From positions 8,020-72,019 of the IMG/VR virus record IMGVR_UViG_3300022602_000075: a DNA stretch of 64,000 bases. One strand, 5' to 3'. Each line of letters starts with the position of its first letter. The stretch's first letter is position 1. Under the pieces are notes generated by a model, which searched no databases, was not told the origin of the DNA, and was given only the letters and a program-made list of their open reading frames with translations. The DNA is from a virus. Of the stretch, positions 47,613 through 56,076 are shown in pieces. A program made the position numbers and the translations under genes.

Positions 47613-48022
47613 TGCTAATTGGCACTAGTCTGGGAGGTTGCCTCCAATCTATCATGTGCGGCGAAGTGTCCAAGGATGACGTTTTGGTTATCATTACGAG
47701 GACTAGCGCAAAAGATTTGGGAGAACTTATTCAGGTAGTTACCTCTTACCATAAAGAAGGTAACGCTTGGGCTTCAATCAAAACAAACTATAGCAGACTG
47801 CAAGAATTCGAATTGAGCAAGGTAATTGATTTGTTATGGGAGTTATACCATGCCGGTAAAATCCATCAACCTGCTTTGTTTATGGAACACAGTGGTTTTG
47901 TACACCCAGAACTTACCCGCGAACAGTTGTGGCTAGAAGTGGCGCCCGTGCCAACTACTCAGCATCCTACTGTAATCGATGCGTATAGCAAGTACAAGAT
48001 GCTTGCTACTTTAATGAAATGA
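47609..48022 (+). CDS. Hypothetical protein
   Basis: ATGA overlap with the upstream gene; 137 aa. Confidence 0.6.
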   Translation: MMLIGTSLGGCLQSIMCGEVSKDDVLVIITRTSAKDLGELIQVVTSYHKEGNAWASIKTNYSRLQEFELSKVIDLLWELYHAGKIHQPALFMEHSGFVHPELTREQLWLEVAPVPTTQHPTVIDAYSKYKMLATLMK

Positions 48023-48264
48023 TAGAAATCGACTATAACACTTGGTTCACTAATCGTGAACTTAAAGAAAAGCCCGTACACTTTGTACAGGCTTCCGCCC
48101 ACGCTACGTTAGAAAGAGTGATTTGGGTACATGAAAATCTACGGGGTAGATTTTGCATACACAGAAAAGAACCTCCCCGGCTAGATTCATACTTCAACAT
48201 AGTTGAAGTAATTTCCTTTGAAGATCCCGCAGAAGCCATGTTCTTTGACTTGCGTTGGTCCTAA
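48019..48264 (+). CDS. Hypothetical phage protein
   Basis: ATGA overlap; C-terminal FEDPAEAMFFDLRW. Confidence 0.6.
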   Translation: MIEIDYNTWFTNRELKEKPVHFVQASAHATLERVIWVHENLRGRFCIHRKEPPRLDSYFNIVEVISFEDPAEAMFFDLRWS

Positions 48265-48322
48265 ATAAATATTACATCGCCGCTAAATACAATTAAATAT
48301 CTCTATATAGGAGAATATTTAT

Positions 48323-49009
48323 ATGGCGTTTACAAGACATGTAGGCAAACACGGCGATAGAAAGGTTGCAGTAGTTTTCCGCGAAGTGCCCGGCGAGCCG
48401 CATATGGCATTGGTAGTTTATACTCAACTGCTGAATCAGAACATTCACGATCCGTTGATCAATTGCATCGATAGCGATATTGGTCAGAACAGTCAGAACT
48501 TGTCTGACGCACTTAATCGTACACATACTAGAGATGGCAAGATCATTTTACAGGTATTGCACTCTGAAGGCATGTTAAAGAAAGTGCAGACCGAGCAAAT
48601 TATTATGACTCCGCAACCAAATACTACCATTAAGTTAAGCGACTTAAACAAGATGCTTGATGAAATGGAGAAGGGTGAAGCAGCAGTCAAGCGTATGGCT
48701 GAGTTAGATGCACAACGTGGAATACAAGATCCTGCCCAAGTTGCCCGTAGAATGCGCGAAGGCCGTGATGCACAAACTTCACCCTTAGTTGCTACATCCG
48801 GAGATGTTCTGGGTGATAACACACTGGCAAATAACTTACGTCAACAAGCAGCAAAGATGAACGCCGAAGCAAAGGGTTTGCTAGCAGAGGCTGATAGAAT
48901 GATGAAAGAAGCAGCACTGTTAGATCCGACACCGGCTCCAGCAGAAGAACCAGCAGTAACTACTAAGGTTACTAAAGCAAAGAAGACCAAAACTAAAGTA
49001 ACTGTATAA
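48323..49009 (+). CDS. Hypothetical late protein with a coiled-coil C-terminus
   Basis: AGGAGA SD and several upstream TAAATA motifs. Confidence 0.7.
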   Translation: MAFTRHVGKHGDRKVAVVFREVPGEPHMALVVYTQLLNQNIHDPLINCIDSDIGQNSQNLSDALNRTHTRDGKIILQVLHSEGMLKKVQTEQIIMTPQPNTTIKLSDLNKMLDEMEKGEAAVKRMAELDAQRGIQDPAQVARRMREGRDAQTSPLVATSGDVLGDNTLANNLRQQAAKMNAEAKGLLAEADRMMKEAALLDPTPAPAEEPAVTTKVTKAKKTKTKVTV

Positions 49010-49010
49010 A

Positions 49011-49307
49011 ATGTCTCCGGACTTCATTAAAAAATGGGAACATATATTAGCAGACGTTGAGAAGCAGAAAATTCCTGTGGAGTTTATTAAGAAATTAGTT
49101 ATTAAACTCCGCGGGAAGCGTCAACAAACTATTAATATCAAGAAGTTCTTAGAACAGGGTCTAGATCCCTCACAGATCGAAGAGGCTGTTTCTAGAAAAC
49201 TTCATGAACTGGATGAAATGATTGTTGGTGTAGAATTTGTGCTTAACGTAGAAACTATTGCTAATGTAGTTCAACCCGAAACCGACAAACTATTAAATAA
49301 ACTTTAA
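49011..49307 (+). CDS. Hypothetical protein
   Basis: 98-aa ORF abutting the upstream gene. Confidence 0.6.
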   Translation: MSPDFIKKWEHILADVEKQKIPVEFIKKLVIKLRGKRQQTINIKKFLEQGLDPSQIEEAVSRKLHELDEMIVGVEFVLNVETIANVVQPETDKLLNKL

Positions 49308-49582
49308 TTAGTAGGTGGATGCAAAGCAGCGTAATTGACTTTTTGCTGCTCATACCATGATTGCCAAGCATCTACCGTAGCAGCGCACACATAGTATCTA
49401 GAATAATTTAAAGAAACTGTATTCAGCAGATCACTCATAGTTACCTTGCTACCATCTATCTCAGCAAGGTCAGGGCATTTAGTAATAACATCTTTGGGCG
49501 GGTCAGGGAATTCATATTTTATAACAGGTCCACAATTACAACCTCCTAACAAGAATAATAGCGGTATTAGAATTTTTTTCAT
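49304..49582 (-). CDS. Rz1-like outer-membrane spanin (lipoprotein)
   Basis: Signal peptide II MKKILIPLLFLLGGC, Pro-rich mature N-terminus, additional Cys residues. Confidence 0.8.
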   Translation of the reverse strand: MKKILIPLLFLLGGCNCGPVIKYEFPDPPKDVITKCPDLAEIDGSKVTMSDLLNTVSLNYSRYYVCAATVDAWQSWYEQQKVNYAALHPPTN

Positions 49583-50025
49583 TTTTCTGCCTTATCTGGA
49601 TTTGTGGCTGCATGATTTAATATGTCAATAACATCAGTGCTTGGTTTGCAGTCCTTATCTAATTTATCCTTATCTGTTTTTATCTTAGTTTGAATTCCAA
49701 CTAACGAATCATGAATATCTTGTAGTTGTTCTTGATAATCTGCGCTAACTTGCTTGATAATCTTACCTGAGTTAGTTTCAATGTTGTTTATGTCTTGTTG
49801 TATCTTTTGCATTTTGGCTACCCATTCAGTGTTAACAGCCAATCCGCCTTCAAGATACAAAGATAAAAATATGATTGAGATACCTAAAACTTTGAACTGT
49901 ACTCTATATAGAGTAACAAATGGTACAACATTTAAGAAAAACCCTACGCTTCCTAACACTAGTCCAAAAAGGAATAATATGTGTATAAAATAGAATGACA
50001 GATGTGAGTATAGCCATATGAGCAT
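49579..50025 (-). CDS. Rz-like inner-membrane spanin
   Basis: N-terminal TM helices, periplasmic coiled coil, C-terminal Cys; 4-bp overlap with the lipoprotein gene; start at ATG 5 nt after TAAATA. Confidence 0.75.
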   Translation of the reverse strand: MLIWLYSHLSFYFIHILFLFGLVLGSVGFFLNVVPFVTLYRVQFKVLGISIIFLSLYLEGGLAVNTEWVAKMQKIQQDINNIETNSGKIIKQVSADYQEQLQDIHDSLVGIQTKIKTDKDKLDKDCKPSTDVIDILNHAATNPDKAEK

Positions 50026-50074
50026 ACTAGTATTTATTCCTGAAGATAAATACTTGATACAGGATAAAACCATC

Positions 50075-50614
50075 ATGACTATAGTAAACTATGAAATTAT
50101 TAATGTAGGTGCAGCACCGAACGACGGTCAGGGCGACCCGTTACGAACCGCGTTTGAAAAGATTAATAATAACTTTGCTATCACTTTCAATACTGGTATA
50201 TTCAATACCGCTAAAGTTGTTACTTATGGTAATAGTTCACAGACTATCTTTAGTTGGCCAGCAAATAATTTCACCCAGGCTACTTTTCAGATCAACTCGA
50301 CTGATACTACGGCTAATACTCAGAGCGTTACGATTAACGCTACGATCAGTCCAGATTTGTCCACAATCAGATTCACAGCCCAAAACACACTATTTTTGGG
50401 AACTCCGCTTACTAACTATGATATGAGTATAGACTTGACTGGTAACATTTTGTTGAATGTTGACCCGCAGTCGTTTGTGACTGGACAATTAAATCATATT
50501 GTACAGTATCAAGTAATTCCAGCAGTAGCCAATGTTAACCTGTTCTTGGTACCCAATCAGACCAACAATGTTGCACTTGCTACTAACAATCCTAATCAGA
50601 TATTGGTGACCTGA
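50075..50614 (+). CDS. Structural protein with a T4 gp9/gp10-like N-terminal motif
   Basis: INVGAAPNDGQGDPLRTAFEKINNNF; AGGA SD before ATG 50075. Confidence 0.7.
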   Translation: MTIVNYEIINVGAAPNDGQGDPLRTAFEKINNNFAITFNTGIFNTAKVVTYGNSSQTIFSWPANNFTQATFQINSTDTTANTQSVTINATISPDLSTIRFTAQNTLFLGTPLTNYDMSIDLTGNILLNVDPQSFVTGQLNHIVQYQVIPAVANVNLFLVPNQTNNVALATNNPNQILVT

Positions 50615-51423
50615 TGCGATCCAGCGATTTTATATATGAGTCAGGCTGGCGTAAACCTATTAGCCCAAAAGACCAAGAAAGGATCAATAAGCGTCGAGCC
50701 AAAGAATACAATCAACCTGGACAACCTGATACTAGGCCTACTAATACAAAAAAAGCAGAAAGATCCATAGAACATCTAAAGAAAATTGATGAAGAAGTAA
50801 GTGAAAGTGCTAAAAAGAAAATAGCTGCCGCGCTGTTAGGTGTAGGACTATTAGGTACACCGTCTAAGATAGATCAGCAACATCCACCATTAGCCAAATC
50901 GCTCGTATCTAAAGCGGTAAGTGGATTGAACAAAATAGAACAAGGTATAAAAGATGCAGCAGAAGAAGCAGGGATCACTGGTCATGAAGTAGCACAAATA
51001 TTAGCTCAAACTGCACAAGAGACTGGAGATTTTGTTCACATGCGAGAAACCGGTACTAGAGCCTATTTTCTGAAAAAATACTGGTACAATAAAGATGTTC
51101 GACGCCGATTGGGGAACAAGACTCCGCAAGATGCACTAAATTTTATAGGTAGAGGGTTTGTACACTTAACTGGTCGAGCAAACTATGATAGAATGGGTGA
51201 CAAATTAGGCATAGATTTAGTAAACAATCCTGAATTAGCAGAAAGACCTGATATAGCAATGAAGATATTATTACGCTATTTCAAAGATAGAGTTGAACCT
51301 AATGTAACAGACTTTACGGATACAAATGCGGTAACTGACCAAATTAATAAGCATGATAAACCTGAAGCCAGACAGAACCGTGAAAATAAATACCAAAAGT
51401 ATAAAGACATACTAGGGTTATAA
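50614..51423 (+). CDS. GH19 (chitinase/lysozyme-like) peptidoglycan hydrolase with an N-terminal extension
   Basis: LAQTAQETGDF..E, GRGFVHLTGRANY, DLVNNPELA, VTDQIN. Confidence 0.85.
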   Translation: MRSSDFIYESGWRKPISPKDQERINKRRAKEYNQPGQPDTRPTNTKKAERSIEHLKKIDEEVSESAKKKIAAALLGVGLLGTPSKIDQQHPPLAKSLVSKAVSGLNKIEQGIKDAAEEAGITGHEVAQILAQTAQETGDFVHMRETGTRAYFLKKYWYNKDVRRRLGNKTPQDALNFIGRGFVHLTGRANYDRMGDKLGIDLVNNPELAERPDIAMKILLRYFKDRVEPNVTDFTDTNAVTDQINKHDKPEARQNRENKYQKYKDILGL

Positions 51424-51436
51424 GATAAATAATACT

Positions 51437-51820
51437 ATGAGAGCAAGAGAATTCATCAGCGAAGGTACGAAAGGGGATGCACCTGCAAATGGTGATGATT
51501 TTGCAGAAGAGCATATGGCAGCAAGCCCGGGTGCAATCAGTATGCCTGATATCAGTGATAATAAATCTTCCGGCAGCCCATATAAAGGTTGGCGATTTGG
51601 TATTGCAATGGCTGGTGCTCCGCATTTCCCGACTCCCCCGGTTGGACCAATGGCGGGTGATCCTCTACTAACTTGTTATACAGATGTGGACATGGAAATC
51701 ATTCAATCCGCTAGAGACTATATTGGTGCGGGTAGAATAAACAAACTAAATCGTCAAACCAGTCACGAAATTAAGAGTGTACATAAAGTAAGTCCTATAA
51801 AGGGATTCAAAGGTTATTAA
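51437..51820 (+). CDS. Probable internal head protein
   Basis: N-terminal MRAREFISE resembles a capsid-targeting peptide; late promoter upstream. Confidence 0.55.
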   Translation: MRAREFISEGTKGDAPANGDDFAEEHMAASPGAISMPDISDNKSSGSPYKGWRFGIAMAGAPHFPTPPVGPMAGDPLLTCYTDVDMEIIQSARDYIGAGRINKLNRQTSHEIKSVHKVSPIKGFKGY

Positions 51821-51876
51821 AAAATAAATATCATCATTTTTAAGAATAAGTAGTTGCATACAACTACAGGATTTTT

Positions 51877-52587
51877 ATGCAAAACATGATTGATATTAAC
51901 CAAACTCTAGACTTGGTAAAATTAAAATTTTACAACGAATGGCTGTACACTGCTCACATCTATGATGAAGGTGATGGGCAACTTCATCAATCAATCACTA
52001 AAGAGGTGGTTAATAAGTACATAGATCCTTTGAATTTACCTAAAGATGCTACGATACTAGATATAGGAGCAGGTCCTGGATACTTTTTAGATGAAATGAA
52101 AGAACGGGGATATACAAACTTGACTGGCATAGGGTTGAGTCCCGGTGATAACAAGATATGCAGAGACAAAGGACACAAGATTAAAGAATATGACATGTCA
52201 TTCTTACCTCAGAAAGATGGATATTATGACGAGAGCGTAGATTTTATATTTCTTCGTCATTGCTTAGAACATAGTCCATATCCTATTTTTACTCTTATGG
52301 AATACAATCGTGTGTTGAAACAGGGATCTAAGATGTACATTGAAGTTCCACAACCTGACTGTGAACGAAACCATGAACTTAACATCAATCATTATAGCAT
52401 TTTGGGTGCTAAGCAATTAAGTGCTCTTCTAACACGTACTGGCTTCAACGTAGATCGTTTTCTTGACTTTCAGTTTACTGCTTTTTTACCCAAAGATATC
52501 AAAAATCCGGAAGGGGAAAAGTTAGAAGTTATCGAAAAGTATTTTTGCATAGTTGTTACTAAGGCTCGCCCGTTAGACATTAAATGA
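51877..52587 (+). CDS. Class I SAM-dependent methyltransferase
   Basis: ILDIGAGPG, VDFIFLRHCLEH, RVLKQG. Confidence 0.85.
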   Translation: MQNMIDINQTLDLVKLKFYNEWLYTAHIYDEGDGQLHQSITKEVVNKYIDPLNLPKDATILDIGAGPGYFLDEMKERGYTNLTGIGLSPGDNKICRDKGHKIKEYDMSFLPQKDGYYDESVDFIFLRHCLEHSPYPIFTLMEYNRVLKQGSKMYIEVPQPDCERNHELNINHYSILGAKQLSALLTRTGFNVDRFLDFQFTAFLPKDIKNPEGEKLEVIEKYFCIVVTKARPLDIK

Positions 52588-52632
52588 TGCCTAGATGACT
52601 AAATAGTATTACTATATTATAGGAATACTAAG

Positions 52633-53178
52633 ATGGCATCATATGTGTACACAGCGAATTCGTCACCAAACGCATCTGCTAATATTCAAACAGACAAGGT
52701 AAGAATTGCAACAACTAGTTCCCCGATCCAGCTTGTTGCAAGTTACCCAAATGTTGCAGGTACAGGCACGGTTACTTGCGCGACCACTTCTCACACAATA
52801 ACTGGTTCAAGCACCACTTTTACTACGCAATTGAATACAGGTTACTGGATTGGTAACGCTACTGGCGCAACAGTAGGTATCGTACAAAGTGTAGCGAACA
52901 ATACAAGTGTCACACTTACTGCTAATGCAGCAGTAGCCATTACAGGTGCTGGATATACAATCAATCCATTTGGTGTTCCGTATCTAGTAGCAACCGCAAA
53001 TAGCACAATCATTCCTGCAAACTCAGTCAATAATAGTTTTATCGTAGGACAAGGAAACATTATATCTTATTTAAATGTTTCTGGTGCGACAGCAGCACCT
53101 TTCTCAATCACTGAATTGGGCGCAAATCATCCAAACACTGGTACAACTGGAGTATTACCTCCACCGGCAATCGCATAA
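52633..53178 (+). CDS. Virion structural/decoration-like protein
   Basis: Thr/Ala/Asn-rich beta sequence; TAAATA and AGGA upstream. Confidence 0.55.
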   Translation: MASYVYTANSSPNASANIQTDKVRIATTSSPIQLVASYPNVAGTGTVTCATTSHTITGSSTTFTTQLNTGYWIGNATGATVGIVQSVANNTSVTLTANAAVAITGAGYTINPFGVPYLVATANSTIIPANSVNNSFIVGQGNIISYLNVSGATAAPFSITELGANHPNTGTTGVLPPPAIA

Positions 53179-53235
53179 TTGACCTACTAAAGATTTAGTT
53201 TCTAAGAAGTAGCATCTCAGTTACTAAATACTTAT

Positions 53236-56055
53236 ATGAGTAACAAGTCAGGGCAAGGGGCACTAATCAAAAGCCCCTACGAAAAAACACACTTTGAAAC
53301 ACCTCAACAACTAGATGAGTTTGTAAAGTGCTGCGACCCTGATACCGGTTATCTTTATTTCATGGACAATTTTTTCTTCATACAACATCCTACTAAGGGT
53401 GGTATGAACTATCATCCATGGGATTATCAAAAACGTTTAATACACACATATCACAATTACAGATATAGTATATCGCTCATGCCCAGACAGTCTGGTAAGT
53501 GTTTTGGAATAAATACTACAGTTAAAATAAAAAATATTCACACCGGTAAGGTTGAAGAAATAACTATAGGAAAATTTTATGAACGATTTAGTAACTTGTC
53601 TAATTTGCTCAACAGAGATGAAGGAATTGCACTCTCATCTATTCAGAAAACACAATATGACAGTGACCAAATACAAAGAAGTCTATCCGAATGCACCAAC
53701 TCGGTGCCAGCAGTTACTGGAAGCACAATCAAAAAGGGTATCGGGTTCTGGAAATCCTGCATACCAACATGGAGGGAAACTTTCTCCGTTTTCTCCAAAA
53801 TTTATTCACGGGGATATATCGGAGCGAACTCAAATCAAAGCCGAACAGTCCCGAAAAGAAAATCAATCACATACTACTACTCTTGCATATTGGATGAAAG
53901 TTACGAATCAAGACGAAGAACAAGCGATTCGTATGCTGACAGATCGGCAAACTACTTTTTCTTTGAAGAAATGCTTAGAAAAATACGGGAAAGCCAATGG
54001 GTTGTTAAGATGGCAAGAACGGCAGCAAAAGTGGTCAAAGAATTTCAAAAAACAAAACTATTCAAATGTCTCACAAAAACTATTCCATTTAATAATGGAA
54101 CATTATGCGTCAGATCAAGTATATTTTGCGACCTTGGAACGGTCGGATATGTTAGACTACCAAAACAAGGAATATCGGCTTTTATTGGATTCAGGCAAGA
54201 CTGTTCTACCGGATTTCATCAATATAGCAACGAGAAAAATTATAGAATTCGACGGGATTTATTGGCATGGGCAACATATGGCGAACCCGCAACGGGAACT
54301 AGAAAGAGAACAGCAGATTATTCAAAGTGGATACCAGTTACTAAGAGTTGCCGAGGAAAGATACAAGAAAGATCCTCAACAAGTGCTTCAAGAATGTCTG
54401 AACTTTCTGAATCAGTAGAAAGAAAATTTATAGAGTCATACGAAATAACCGATTATGAAATAACCACTGACACAGGATGGAAACCAATAACACACCTCCA
54501 TCGTACTATTCCGTACAATGTTTGGGAAATTAAAACTGTAACAGGATTAATTTTGCAATGCGCCGACACTCATATTTTGTTTGATGGCTCAATGAATCAA
54601 GTTTTTGCAAAAGACTTAACTATTGGTTCGCATATTCATACTGTTAACGGAATAGAAAAAATTAAACATATTAGAGAAACAAATAATATTGAAAATATGT
54701 TCGATTTAACTATTAGAGATGAAAATCACAGATTTTATTCAAATGGTATTTTAAGTCATAATTCTACAAGTGCTGCCGGATACTTGTTGTGGTACGCCAT
54801 GTTCAACCCGGACTCTACAATTCTGATAGCAGCGCACAAGTACACTGGCGCTCAGGAAATCATGCAGCGTATTAGATATGCTTATGAAAACTGCCCTAAC
54901 CACATTAAAGCAGGGGTGACAACTTATAACAAAGGCAGTTTAGACTTTGAAAACGGTAGTCGTATTGTTTCGGCAACAACTACCGAAAACACAGGTCGTG
55001 GTATGTCTATTACGCTTCTTTACTTAGACGAGTTCGCATTCGTAAGACCTACTATTGCTGAACAATTCTGGACTTCTATTACACCTACACTATCAACTGG
55101 TGGTAAAGCAATCATTACTTCTACACCAAATAGCGATGAAGATCAATTTGCTCTTATTTGGAAGGGTGCTAATAAAACAGAAGACGAATATGGTAACGTA
55201 ACAGAAGTTGGCGTAAACGGCTTCAAAGCATACCGTTCACACTGGTCTGAACAGCCCGGCAGAGACGAAAAATGGGCTGAAGAAATTAGATCACAATTGG
55301 GACAAGATCGCTTCAACCGTGAAATGGAATGCGAATTTATCATCGCCGATGAAACACTGATCAATCCAAACACTCTAATTATGCTAGAGGGAACAGAACC
55401 TTCTAATAGAATGGGTCAAGTTAGATGGTATAAAGAGCCAACCAAAGGAAATTTATATGTAGTAGGGCTAGACCCAAGTTTAGGTACAGGTGGAGATCCT
55501 GCTGCTATAGAGATTTTTGAAGCAAACACTACGACGCAAATTGGTGAATGGAAGCATAACAAGACTAACATTCCCAGTCAAGTTAAGTTGCTAGCAGAAA
55601 TAAACAGATATATTGTAGAAAAGACTAACGAACCAAACAATCTATATTATTCACTAGAAAACAACTCTATAGGTGAAGCTGCGATAGTTTCTCTGAACGA
55701 GTACGGTGAAGCCAATATTCCCGGGATATTCATTAGCGAACCGGGCAAAAAGCGCAGGGGTTTTAACACCACACACAAGAACAAATTAGCCGCATGCGCT
55801 AAGTTTAAAACTCTGCTAGAAAGCAAGAAGTTAAAAGTTTATAGTCGCAGTCTGATATCTGAATTAAAGACTTTTGTGGCTTCAGGTGGCAGTTATGCCG
55901 CTAAAGTAGGCGACACAGACGATCTTATTATGGCTACACTCCTAGTCGTTAGAATTTTACAGCAGTTGGGCGATTATCACGTAGATTTGGAAACTCAAAT
56001 GCGAGACCACGACGAGTTCGTGGCACCCATGCCCTTCTTTGCCGTGCTAGGTTAA
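53236..56055 (+). CDS. terL: Large terminase subunit (gp17-like) containing an intein
   Basis: Walker A PRQSGK|ST interrupted by the intein; LYLDEFAF, ITSTPN, nuclease motifs GLDPS and DDLIMA. Confidence 0.95.
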   Translation: MSNKSGQGALIKSPYEKTHFETPQQLDEFVKCCDPDTGYLYFMDNFFFIQHPTKGGMNYHPWDYQKRLIHTYHNYRYSISLMPRQSGKCFGINTTVKIKNIHTGKVEEITIGKFYERFSNLSNLLNRDEGIALSSIQKTQYDSDQIQRSLSECTNSVPAVTGSTIKKGIGFWKSCIPTWRETFSVFSKIYSRGYIGANSNQSRTVPKRKSITYYYSCILDESYESRRRTSDSYADRSANYFFFEEMLRKIRESQWVVKMARTAAKVVKEFQKTKLFKCLTKTIPFNNGTLCVRSSIFCDLGTVGYVRLPKQGISAFIGFRQDCSTGFHQYSNEKNYRIRRDLLAWATYGEPATGTRKRTADYSKWIPVTKSCRGKIQERSSTSASRMSELSESVERKFIESYEITDYEITTDTGWKPITHLHRTIPYNVWEIKTVTGLILQCADTHILFDGSMNQVFAKDLTIGSHIHTVNGIEKIKHIRETNNIENMFDLTIRDENHRFYSNGILSHNSTSAAGYLLWYAMFNPDSTILIAAHKYTGAQEIMQRIRYAYENCPNHIKAGVTTYNKGSLDFENGSRIVSATTTENTGRGMSITLLYLDEFAFVRPTIAEQFWTSITPTLSTGGKAIITSTPNSDEDQFALIWKGANKTEDEYGNVTEVGVNGFKAYRSHWSEQPGRDEKWAEEIRSQLGQDRFNREMECEFIIADETLINPNTLIMLEGTEPSNRMGQVRWYKEPTKGNLYVVGLDPSLGTGGDPAAIEIFEANTTTQIGEWKHNKTNIPSQVKLLAEINRYIVEKTNEPNNLYYSLENNSIGEAAIVSLNEYGEANIPGIFISEPGKKRRGFNTTHKNKLAACAKFKTLLESKKLKVYSRSLISELKTFVASGGSYAAKVGDTDDLIMATLLVVRILQQLGDYHVDLETQMRDHDEFVAPMPFFAVLG
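53500..54762 (+). mobile_element. 421-aa intein in the terminase Walker A motif
   Basis: Starts CFGINTTV, block B CADTH, ends FYSNGILSHN followed by Ser+1. Confidence 0.92.
53579..54418 (+). CDS. Zn-finger plus Vsr/DUF559-like endonuclease nested in the +1 frame of the intein
   Basis: CLIC..HLFRKH and PDF..KIIEFDGIYWHG..GYQLLRVAE; AGGA 7 nt before the ATG and TAAATA at 53510. Confidence 0.88.
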   Translation: MNDLVTCLICSTEMKELHSHLFRKHNMTVTKYKEVYPNAPTRCQQLLEAQSKRVSGSGNPAYQHGGKLSPFSPKFIHGDISERTQIKAEQSRKENQSHTTTLAYWMKVTNQDEEQAIRMLTDRQTTFSLKKCLEKYGKANGLLRWQERQQKWSKNFKKQNYSNVSQKLFHLIMEHYASDQVYFATLERSDMLDYQNKEYRLLLDSGKTVLPDFINIATRKIIEFDGIYWHGQHMANPQRELEREQQIIQSGYQLLRVAEERYKKDPQQVLQECLNFLNQ

Positions 56056-56076
56056 CAAATTGGACTAAATATTACT

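Noticed and set aside
53579-54418. Two compensating frameshift errors hiding an ordinary in-frame intein endonuclease
   Set aside because: The nested ORF has its own ATG, SD and stop, both frames are open, and the position is not the canonical endonuclease site. Read-level confirmation is still advisable.
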